Shown: positions 37,200-48,299 of the stretch, piece after piece
Numbering within the stretch: position 1 is the stretch's first letter
How the letters are laid out: each line of letters starts with the position of its first letter
NCBI RefSeq assembly: GCF_902713615.1
Contig: NC_052146.1
Coordinates: forward strand, 262,759,350-262,823,349
Reading direction: 5' to 3'
DNA: 64,000 bases
DNA from: Scyliorhinus canicula
Taxonomy: Eukaryota
Translations under genes and position numbers: made by a program
The notes under the pieces: generated by a model
The model's input: the letters and a program-made list of their open reading frames with translations, nothing else
The model's database searches: none
Told to the model about the DNA's origin: nothing

Positions 37200-40050
37200 T
37201 GTTCTGGGTCACCTCAGCTTTCCACAACCCTGCTGGACTGAACACCGACCAATGAGAGCGGCGCGGGGGAGGGGGTGGAGCCACCACCCTGGACCAATTG
37301 GATGCGGGGGGTGTGGAGCCGTCACACTGGACCAATGGGGGGGGGGGGGGGGGGCGCGTTGGGTTGCGCGCGCGTCTGTTTGTTCAGGGCAAGGACCCCG
37401 GCCCATGCGCCGCGCTGGGGGGGTCCGGGAACCATTGCATTTCACCTTTCTTACAAATATTCAGGAAACAGCCTTTCCTTAAAAAAATATCCACATCATA
37501 TATGAGGAAAGCTGAGACTTAAATCTTCAACCCGTGTCAGATATTTGCCCTTTGAAATCGCTTGTGACATGTGATCCTGGGAGCCCCCCAACAACACAAA
37601 TCCATTAAATCCTGATAATAAAATATTTAAATTTATTGTAATCAATTTCTCCATCCCAGTTCTCCCCACCTCCCCCGGGGGTCGCCACATAACCTACCCA
37701 TCGACGTTTTTAAAAATTGTAAAGGGTGGGGGTAACGAAACACCAAACTTTCTATGTAGTATTTTTCTATATTTTATTGAAAAAAGGGGAGGTGAAATGA
37801 CCGTCCTCGCATTTTTTAAAAAACAAAAGTAGCTGTAAACATTTCTCCTCCCCTCAGGAAAGACATGGAACAAACATGTTGAAATAAAATTGAAAAGTGG
37901 AGTTTATTTTTTTTTAAATGGAACAGGAAGACGGCGGTGGGAAATAAAATATCGACGTATAATTTACTGTCGATTTAAAAATATATATATATTTCCTTTT
38001 TATTCCTTACAGGAAAATGCCCTGAACAGCTCTCACTGTTCAATGTGTGTGGAGCCGGGATTTTTTTTTGTCTCTTGGTCATCTCGCCCCTGATTTGATG
38101 GCGAGGAAACCCCGTTGACAAGGCACGCTTCATGACGGTGAGTTCCTTCAGTGTATTATAATTTTGTGATAAAATTTTCAAGGAAAAAAAAAACAACTCC
38201 TTCGGGGAGGGAGGGGGGGTTGGAAGAGAGAAAGAAAAAAAATAGGGTCTAAGGGAAAATATTTTTTGGTGTGCCTGGGAAAAAAAAGTCACCTCCCCGT
38301 CTTTCGGAACGGCAACAGCAGAAGACGGAGGGGGGAAAAAAGAAAAAAAAAATCACCCGTCAACGACAGCAGCACCGCCGCCAAACGAAAACAAAACAGC
38401 TGAATCAGCGGCCACCGCTTTAGAAAAATATACTCATCTCCGTTTTCGTTCTCTTATTCTCTCTTCCACACCCCTCCCCTCCTTGCCACTGCACCCCCCC
38501 ACCCCCATCATCTCCTCCACCATCACTGGCCCCCTTCATCTCCAGCCTCTGCCCCCAAACTAAATGATCGTACAGAAGAAAAACTGTTGGAAAATATACT
38601 TTTTCTTTCCGCCCCCGTGATCACGATGTGTTTTTTTTTTACCCCCCCCGCACACACAACACAACACACACAAAAAAAATAGACCAGGGAGAGAAATAAT
38701 CGTCTGAGATCCCTCCCTCTTTTTTTCCTGCTTTCTAAGCGGTTTTGTCTGGGCGGCTGTTAGCGAGCACCGTTTGGTAAATCGACCTCACGGGGTTATT
38801 TTTCAAAAGCGGCGATTGCAGATTCTCCCTGTAGATTTTTCCCCCCTGCCCTCCTTTCTCTCACCGCTTTCGTCGTCGCCACCTCGAAGGCGAGAGACGG
38901 GCGGAAAAAGAAAGACTCCGACCAAAGATGGATGAAGTCAGACTCGGCGGCCACTCCCGGCGCTTTGTTTCTTCTTCCTCAAAGCCTTTCGTTTGAAAAC
39001 TACATCTACCCGATCGCTAGCGTCACCCAGCAGATGCTCCCTCGCGGCGGCTTAAAATAAAATAAACCTTAAACCCGACGCCGGGAGAGGAAAAAAAAAC
39101 TTAAGAAACCGTTTGTTCCGCTCCTCCCGTTCATGGCGATGGGCGGGATTGGAGGTCGATCTTTGGTTTTATTTTCAGACTTAGTTTCTCTCTTCCCCTC
39201 CCGATAATGCTTCGTCTCATTTCCATCTGATTCTTTTGAGGGTTTTATTTTTACAAAACTCAAACTTTATTTTAAAAAATGGAATGGACGGTTGCTGTTT
39301 TCGCAAAACCCTGATAATTATCGTTATTTGCCCCTCTCGTTCAATTGTTAAGAATTTCTTCACTGCTTTGACCACGAAATCGGATTTTTTAAATTAAAAA
39401 AAAAGAGTAAAACCGCGACTAATAATCGCCACCTTGCAATGTCCCACCATCGGAGTTTCAGTTCGGTGTCATGTTCCATTTTCAACTTTGCTCTTTTCCT
39501 TCCATCTCGCTGGCGATGTACTTCCTTCAAACAGAGAAAATATAATTTTCCTTCCCTCTTTTATTCGACGCCCGAGTAAAGTTGACGGGGGGAAAAGAAA
39601 CGCGATCCAATTTTTTGTTTTTGTTTTGTGGATGTTTTGGCTGTTATAACTATGGGCGGGATTTTGAAAACATTTATAGCTCGGTAGGTTTCAACGCAGT
39701 TTTTAATCAACAAAAGAGGGTGACCAGCCTTTTTACCCCCTCTTTCCTTAAAAAACGATTCTTCTTGTAGTGGCAGTTTTTTGACAGGCCTCGAGGCGCC
39801 TCCTTCTCCCCCTTCCTTTCTCCGTTCAATTGTTTTCGCCAAAACGTTTTTCAAAAATTAATATTTCTTTTTACTGCCCACGTAGGAAATATATAGCTCA
39901 ATTTTCGGCTTTTTTGGGAATGGTATGGTTCATTGCTCCACTCGGAGGTGATTGTACTGGCGTTGTGCCAACACTGGTTGCGCAGTTAAAATTCCTGCCT
40001 GTAACGTCGCCATTTTAGCTGCTTGGAGCTACCGAGCGTTTTTCTTTTGA
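37200..40050. promoter_or_regulatory. CpG-island-like promoter region, probably of BICRAL (GLTSCR1L)
   Basis: About 3 kb, TE-free and CpG-retaining. CCAAT boxes at 37249, 37294 and 37332; YY1 motif CGCCATTTT at 40008-40016. The gene assignment rests on synteny only. Confidence 0.6.
38013..38137 (+). other. Candidate non-coding (5' UTR) exon of the + strand gene
   Basis: Strong acceptor tttcctttttattccttacAG (AG at 38011-38012) and donor ACG|GTGAGT (GT at 38138). 125 nt, inside the CpG region. Confidence 0.55.
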
Positions 40051-41169
40051 GAAACATTTTACAACCTAGACTATCATTCTATTTGCACGATCGTTATCCG
40101 ACATTTTTAGAACCAATCTATTATAATTTCGTGCCCTGTACTTTTTATTTTTATAATAAAACATAATGTAAATACTTGTGTGCTTTGTTGGATATTGTGA
40201 CCGTGTGATTTGCTTAAAATGTGAATGCAATGAGGTCCCTTAAAGTGCTTTATCCCTTGAGTTTCGTTTGTTGTAGTTTTAATACTGCTCGGAATAACAT
40301 AATTGGGAGTTTAAAACCCGTTGCCAGCGCAAACAAAAGTAGATTGGCCAACTAATAATTAATTGGCCTACATTTGATGCCCCAATATTTTGGAAGTTGT
40401 TGCAAAAAACCTAGCTGCCAGTATTTCAGAATATATACTAAAATTGTTCTGATGGCATTGATGTGTGTATACATATATATACACAATATATTCAATCGTT
40501 AAAACTGCTCGGTCTGGAGCCTGAAACAGTCGTTCTGTAGTTACATATGTTCTTGTGCTAGAGGAAGGTGGTCATCATTCCAGTAAAATTGCGATCTTAA
40601 ATTGAAAGGAATTCTGGCCCATGTTCAGAGATCAAATGGACAAACTGAATTGGAGAATATAATAGATCATTATGTTGAATTGGCCCATTTTCAGAATTAA
40701 TGGTCAATCCAGTGTTATGGTTTTTTTTTCCAAAATCACTTGTCAAATGTTGAATTATGGGTAGGTTTTATTATTTTGCAGCTAGCATTGTTAAAAATAT
40801 TCAATGCCATTTAACTGGTTAAATGATATATCGGCCAAGTGGGGATGCAAATTTGACAAAAAAATTTTAAGTTGCGAAAATTGACACAAGTATTGTGGTA
40901 TTACAAATGCTCACCTTGTCTTCAACTCTATGTTTGAACTTAGTTGATCAGGGTTCCATCTGTGAATGAACACTGAATCAACCCTTAACAAAAGCACAAG
41001 TAATATTTTATGTAACTGTGGCACAAACCCTCCAGCCTTCTGGACTTGTATCCATACTTGGATGACCACAATCTTTCATCCCTGCTGTTTCCTCCATTAT
41101 CCAGCTGGGTGGGACTGCCTTCACCTGGCTTAAATTTAATTTGTCTAGTCATAGCCAGAGATACTCCAG

Positions 41170-41610
41170 CAAAGAGCAAACACAGGAACAGGCCCCTCGG
41201 CCCTCCAAGCCTGTACCGGTCATGAGACCAACCTCAGCCAAAACTCTTCACTTCCTTGTGCCATATCCCTCTATACCTGTCCTATCCATGTATTGGTCAA
41301 GGTGCCTTTTGAATGCTATTAATGTATCTGCTTCCACAACCTCTCCTGGCAATGCGTTTCAGGCACCCATCACCCTCTATGTAAAAAAAAAAACCTGCCT
41401 CACACATCTCCTGTAAACTTTGCCCTACGGACCTTAAACCTATGCCCCCTGATGACTGAACCTTCGACCCTGGGAAAGAGTGCCTGCCTATCCACTCTAT
41501 CCATACCCCTCGTAATCTTGTCGACATCTATCAGGTCACCCCTCATCCTCTGCTGTTCTAATGAAAACAGTCCCAGGCTATTCAGCTTATTTGCATACCT
41601 AATACCCTCC
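41170..41610 (-). mobile_element. CR1 LINE 3' fragment
   Basis: LGLFSLEQQRMRGDLIDV...LFPRVEGSVIRGHRFKV motif. Confidence 0.85.
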
Positions 41611-41639
41611 AAAGGCCTTCCTTCCCAGTGCCTTTCTTC

Positions 41640-43300
41640 CCAGTCCCTTACGGCTACCTCTGGAGTCCCACATAGTTGAATGCTTGACTGGTCCTATTTC
41701 TTATTCAGGTTCCAACCCTCAGTGATAACATATGAAAACAGTCCCAAAAATGTTGACGCCACCCAGCTCCATCTCACCACCTCTCCAAAAGTCTCCACTG
41801 CCTCCGTTTTGTCACATTGCTTGTCCCGACATCCAGTATTGGAGTAGAAAGAGGTTCTCCCAATTAAATATTGTGAAGTCACAAACCATTGTCTTGGCCC
41901 CCATCTCAAACTCTTCTCGCTAGCCATGGACTCCAACATTACCTGAGGCTGAACCATAGTATTGGCAACCATATAATCCAATTTAATCCTGATCTGATCT
42001 GGTCCCATATTCTTTCCCTCATCACGAACACCTACCTTCATTACATCACCAATCTCAGCCTTGCCTTGGCCCATAGGCTGTTTAAATCCTTGTCCTGGCC
42101 TCCAGACTTTGTTATCCCAGTGTTTCTTTAGCTGGCCTATCATTTTATTCAAACGATTGCACCATGTTCTGTTTACCAATATCCCTGTGGCCATTGTGCT
42201 CATTCCAGCAATATCTTTTTATTAAAACAGTAAAAAAATATATACAAGGCCAAATGGTACAAACATTCATTTTGTGTTGGAGAAACAGGGTACCCTCCCC
42301 TCAGTACCAATGTACGGGGAGGGGGGTGGATACTCTGATTATTAAAATAGTTCACAACACATTTCTACAAAAAACAAATGGTACAAGCGCTAAACTGTGC
42401 GCTGGAGAGACCAGATACCCTCGCCTCTGTACCAACAGAAGGGAAGGGACGTGGGGAGGTAGGGGAAAAGAGGGTGGTGGGGAGGGAGGGAGTCGGAGTG
42501 TTGGTGAAGGGGGGCCCAATAGGCAACTACATGAACTGTCTACAGAGGCAGAACAACAAAAGAACCTTCAGTTATGATGTGCCAGATTCTGGGAGTTCCC
42601 CAGAGGGGATGAGGGGTGACATAGTGTCAGACACGAGTGAGACCCACACCCCACTACAGAGCGTCTCGTGCATCCTGCGCTCTCGACATTCGGCGGCTGA
42701 CAGCCTTCGGACAGTCGCTCTCCGGGCCCGAATCCTCCACCACACTGAGTGCGGCGGACAACACAGGCCCACTGACCAATTCAGGGGCTGCCTTGATCAC
42801 ACCATCACGATCATTGACAGGCGGGATCTCCTCAGGCTCCTCCCGGGGTCCTGGGCCAGTGGGAGACGGTGGTGCAGATGCCTGCTCCACCCCTGCCGCC
42901 TGGTCACCGGAAGGCCCCGAAAATAACTCCGTAAACAGGTTTATGATGGTGGCAGAGGTGCCCAAAGACAGCGGTTGGGACAGAGGGTCTTCCAAACCAT
43001 AACCCGCTAAGAACCTAAGAAGCAGGGGGTTATCTTGAACCATTTTGGGCACTTAAGCACATCCGGTTTCCATTAATTTATCATTGACTGCTGCGCCTTT
43101 GACTGCCTAGGTACTGAGTTCTCAAATTCAATCCCGAAACCTTTCTGTCTGTGTACCTCTTTAAGATGCCTTCAAATCTTTTTCTCAACTGACCTGATAT
43201 CTTATGTGGCTTGGTGTCAAGTTTGTTTGATAATGTTTCTGTGAAGCAGTGTGGGACATTTTACTATGGTAAAGGCACTATATAAATGCAAGTTCTTGGT
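41640..43300 (+). mobile_element. Old L2-like LINE remnant split by an 813-bp insertion (42218-43030)
   Basis: L2-type 3' end (CTGTGAAGCAGTGTGGGACATTTTACTATGGTAAAGGCACTATATAAATGCAAG) at about 43240-43295. The upstream part resembles the L2 post-RT region. Confidence 0.6.
42218..43030 (-). mobile_element. Retroposed 5'-truncated insert of unknown origin with open reading frame
   Basis: TATCTT direct repeat at 42212-42217 and 43031-43036. The frame is open from the 5' junction to TAG at 42654. The insert ends in TTTTAATAAA and is CpG-rich relative to its flanks. Confidence 0.65.
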
Positions 43301-44349
43301 GTGGTAGATGTATGAAAACTATAGACTTGGCTCCATACCTTGCATTATTTACATAAAAGTTAAATATGTGGAAATATTCATGTGAACAGCAAAATCTCTT
43401 AATGATATGAAAAGATGACAAGCATACAAAATCAAGCATTCCTTCTGAAACAGAGACTGTGATCCAAGAGCAATGTTATGTTCAGTAATCATTTAAAAAC
43501 ACTAATCTGAAATACATTCATCTGCTGAAGGATCCAGCCCTGACCATCTCTGGCTTTACCTGTTACGATATAACATACACATCATGTTACCCCAACAGAG
43601 TATGCAGTGGTCTCTGAATTTGCACGACAGAAATTTTGAAGGTCAGGTGGGGATTAAATTAATCATGCTGTAAAATACAACATTGTACTACAAGTTAAAA
43701 GTAAAAGCAATGTAATATAACGCTAACCGGATTGCCACTGATCCTGCTTTATTAGTACCACTGTTTCTATAAACTGCAATTCAGACAATACGACTTCTAA
43801 CTGATAAGATGTAATGTAAGTCATTGTGATAAATTTACAAGTGAGATATAGCTCTGTCGTAGTTTTTTATTGGAATTGTTCAATTACAATTAAGGGGAAA
43901 AAAATATCACTTTTTCATGTTGTACAGGAATGCATTTCATAGTGTAATATAAGCGTAATACATGATTCTACACGCGTTAATTCCATAAATCTATTCTGTT
44001 TCTATCATACTTCAAATAATAATGCACTTTCTTTTTAAAGCAAGATTGGTAAAATTGTTCAGCGGTTACAAATGTAGCTCCTGTGTCAGTTAAAGTGTAT
44101 TGAATTGCTGAGGATCTTTATACATTGTAAATTAGTTATTTTGTTTATACTGTACTCATTTGCAAGTATGACATTTGACAGTGTGATGGAGAGGATGTGT
44201 GTATACTATTCTATTTAATAAATATTTTAGTGACTCTTGTGATGCTGATCATGATGAGTCCGAGGTGGCAAAACATCAGTCTACCATAAAAGGCTACAAA
44301 CCATACACCTTGGGGATTCTTGGACCTGGAGTTTGCTGCATATTTGCAT

Positions 44350-45214
44350 TATTGCTCGTTATGCTTTCCCTTAATTTGCTCTGTTTTAATTACCTTTGCT
44401 CAAGAGTCGGCAGGTATCTTTCTGATACCACCACAAAGTTCAAAACTGAATACTGATCAATGACTCGATACACCAGTTAGTAAGTTTGAAATCAATGCAC
44501 ATTTATTTACACACACAGTCAATTATTACTCATGCATAAACTCTACTCGCTAAACTACAACTACTACTATAAGCCTATACTTAGCTTCGGGGGGGGGGGC
44601 ACTCAATCAGCGGAACAATGGGCGTTGTCCGGTTCAAATACTGCTGGCTTCGAACTGGTATAGAATAGTAGCTAGGAGCGCCTATCTCGTAGCGGGCGTT
44701 GACCTTAGACTTACTTGGCTGGTGCTTGGCGGGCCTCTCGTCGCTGAGAGCCAAAGGCCAAGGTGAAGATGTTGAAATAAGAGTAAGAGAGCGAACTGAC
44801 CTTGGGGACTCTGGTTTATAGTCCCCAGGGTTTTGCGCCCTTCCGGGCGGACCCTGGACTTGGCCCCAATTAATTGGACCATATCCCAATCGTTTGTATC
44901 GATTCTCTCCAATAACGGGGTCGTTCCCCAATCTCTGGGCGGGTTGTAGGTAACCGTTGGCCTGCCTTTGTTTTAGTCTCCACTGGCGCCGGGGAGTCTG
45001 TCCTGGTACCGATTGTTCCAATGTTTCTTTTTGTCCCCGGAGATAACTCATTACTATGCTAATGGCTTGTAGTTTCAGTTCTGTCTGGGCTCTGCAAGTT
45101 CCAATCCACAGGAAACCTTGTACCTGCTTGTTTTTCTAGTGCTGTCCATTTTTCCCTGCACTCTTTGCGAGTATCCATTTTGGAATCGGGACGTGACTAC
45201 CCCAGGTGGCTACA
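44350..45214 (-). mobile_element. Solo LTR (865 bp)
   Basis: The minus strand starts TGTAGC and ends GCAATA (one change from GCAACA). 4-bp TSD GCAT at 44346-44349 and 45215-45218. TATAAA at 44815-44820 and AATAAA at 44502-44507 are in the expected order. Confidence 0.8.
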
Positions 45215-45899
45215 GCATCTAGAGATGTGCAATGAGTGTGAATCAAACATAGTCAAAGAGTTGTAGAATTTTGAGTGTCAATATATTATGCACTAAGTAC
45301 ATTCTCCCTGAATTTCCTTTTTTGTGACTACGCAAGTTCCTTTTTCTGTTAACTTTGTGGTCTGTTGCGGTTCTAGTTAAAGTATAATAAAGACCAGGAG
45401 GACCAGCGTTGGAAATCAGTTATGTTTGGCAGTTTTATCTCCGAATACAAATGAAGATGGTAGGAAAGATAGTCTAGATTGCAAGTTAGTCATGGTAGTA
45501 AGTGGGGAGAAATACAAGTTCTGTCATATGCTTTGGCAGTCCTAGGGGTTGGGAACAGTCGGATTATATTGAAGATCTCAGGAAGTTATGAATAGTCAGA
45601 AGCCATTCCAGTGACTTGAGACTAGTGGGAGTAGTGCTTCGGGTGTGGCAACAATGGGATGGTTCTGGGTTTCATAATGCAAGGAACATGGTATGGAGTT
45701 GTAGGAACAGTGGAGCTGGGTATCCTGGAGTATTAGTGGGATCAGAGAATACAGGAGTATTTTAACAACATTGCATCTGGAAAGGAAATTACAGGCTCTG
45801 GAAGGAGGGTCCTAATTTGCAGTTGTGTGGTCTGATTGAAATTGTTGGGATCACCAAATTTGGGACCGGTGCAAAGGGTGGGGGTAGTTTGATATCATG

Positions 45900-46850
45900 G
45901 AGCGTGTACTTAATGTATCCTTGGGTCAAGCTGTTCCAGTACAGCTACCACACAGGTATCTGCCCAAAAATGTGGAAAATTGCCAGGTACATGTCATCCA
46001 TAAAAAGCAGGACTAATCCAATCTTTTAAAAAATAAATTTAGAGTACCCAATTAGTTTTTCTCCAATTAAGGGGCAATTTTTAGCGTGGCCAATCCACCT
46101 AACTTGCACATCTTTGGGTTGTGGGGGTGAAACCCACGCAGACATGGGGAGAAAGTGCAAACTCCACACGGACAGTGACCCAGGGCTGGGATCCAAACAC
46201 GGGTCCTCCATGCCGCAGTCCCAGTGCTAACCATTGTGCCACATGCCGCCCCTGATTAATCCAATTACCAACCATCAACCAATTCTCAATCATTAGCAAA
46301 GTGGTGGAAGTGGTCATTGACAATGTTGCAAAGTGGCACTTTCTCACCTGCTCACCAGTGCTCAGTTTGAATTTCACCAGGGCTAATCTGCTCCAGTCTT
46401 CGTTACGGTCTTGTTCCAAAATGGGCAAAAATGCTGAGATTGAGACTGCCATTGGCATCCAGGAACTCATGTAAAATTGAAGTTGGTGGTAGTAGAGAAA
46501 GCTCCACTGGTTGGAATCATACTTGGCACAAAGGAATAAGGTCGTGGTTGTCCTAGGCCAATCATCTTAGTCCCAGGACATTGTGACAGGACCTCAGTGC
46601 AGTGTACAGGCCTAAAGTTTTAGCTGCTTTATCAGTGACCTTCCCTCCATCATAAGATTGGAGTGGGATGTTTTCTGGCGATTTCATGGTGGTCAGTGCC
46701 TTTTGTAACTACTCTGATATTGAAGTTATATGTGCCTGCATTCAGCAAAACCTGGACAATATTCATGTTTGAAATGGTAGGTGGCAAGAACCATTTATGC
46801 CACTGGTACGACCATATGAGAAGTGAAATTACTCCCCTATTCTCCCATTT
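45900..46850 (+). mobile_element. Degenerate LINE RT fragment (same family as 48300-50620) with nested SINE
   Basis: KLFQYSYHTGICPKMWKIA motif; inverted similarity to about 49560-50140. Confidence 0.7.
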
Positions 46851-46909
46851 CAGGCTTGACTAACGATTTTTTAATGTGAATTTACAGAGGATATGCTTCG
46901 CCAGTTTCC

Positions 46910-47180
46910 TTCAGTGCAGAAGGAGGCCATTCGTTCCATCGAGCGCACCGACTCTGAATGATCATCCACCCAGGCCCATTACCCTGCCCTGTCCCTGTAA
47001 CCCCACCTAACCTTTGGATACCTTAGCATGGCCAATCCACCTAACCTGCACATCTTTGGACCGTTGGAGGAAACCAGAGCAACCGGAGGAAACTCACGCA
47101 GACAGTGACCCAAGGCACGAATCAAAACTGGGACCCTTGTGCTGTGAGGCAGCAGTGCTAACCATTGTGCCACCATGCGC
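46910..47180 (-). mobile_element. HE1-type V-SINE
   Basis: Head, V-domain and CR1-like tail. Confidence 0.8.
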
Positions 47181-48299
47181 CAAGTGCAACTATTTATGCT
47201 TTTAGATTGTAAAGGATTAGACAGATTTTCTTACGTTAAACAAAGAATATGTTTATTGAAACCATTTCCATAACTGAAAAAGCAAGATAAATCGCAAGCA
47301 CCATTCATGTGTCACCTGCATAGGGGTGACACGGTAGCACAGTGGTTAGCACTGTTGCTTCACAGCGCCAAGGACCTGGGTTCGATTCCTGGCTTGGGTC
47401 ATTGTCTGTGCGGAGTCTTCACACTCTCCCCGTGTCTGCGTGGGTTTCCTCCGGGTGCTCTGGTTTCCTCCCACAAGTCTTGAAAGATAGTGAATTGGAC
47501 ATTCTGAGTTCTCCCTCTGTGCACCCGACAGGTGCCATAGTGTGGTGACTAGGGGATTTTCACAGTAACTTCATTGCAGTGTTAATGTAAGCCTACTTAT
47601 GACACTAATAAAGATTATTATCATTCGTCTGGGCGCACACACACACCAGTGCAGATGGCAGTAAAAGGATAGGCTTACTGGATTTGTTTTACAGTTCATG
47701 AAAATAAAACAGGAATATATAGTTAGCTGTTTCTTGATGTGAACATTCCACATTGAGGCTGATTTGTTCAGCGGTGTCCTGGTTACAGTTGTATGGAGCA
47801 GTCTTCCATGTTTTTAACTGAAAACATCTTGGTTTGCAGTTGGTTTTGCTTCTCAAGATGCTTACTTTGCAAACTGGGCGCAGCACGTCCGAGAGAGAGG
47901 GAGGGAAATAGGTTTCGAAACCTGTGTTCAGTACAGCACTGTCTTTTGTTTTCTGTCGCCTGCATGGTAATGGGGCCCTTGGAAGTATTTTGGGTGTATA
48001 TATCAGGAAATTCTTAATTAGTTCATGTCTACTGCAATTGTTTCATCTCAGAAAGTCTCCAGACTGTGTGAATCCACAGGGGATGGTGGGCGAGATTCCG
48101 TAGTCTCCACGCGCCATGTTTTGCGGCAGCAGGAGGTGGTCCGCTGTTGGCCAGTGGTGGAATAATTTGGTTTCCCCACTATCAATAGGGTTTCCCATTG
48201 AATGTACCCCATGCCACCAGGTAATCGCTGGCTGGACTGGAAGATCCCGCTGCGTGAACAGCCAGATGATCCCGCCTGGTGTCTTTCACACTCTCCAGG

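Noticed and set aside
38928-38996. ATG GAT GAA as a possible BICRAL start
   Set aside because: The frame (MDEVRLGGH...) closes after about 22 codons and does not match the MDDDDD..LLDLIG N-terminus.
44245-44285. Hammerhead-like ATGATGAGTCCGAGGTGGCAAAACATC
   Set aside because: Both core motifs deviate (ATGATGA for CTGANGA, AAAA for GAAA) and stem I is not convincing; at best a dead relic.
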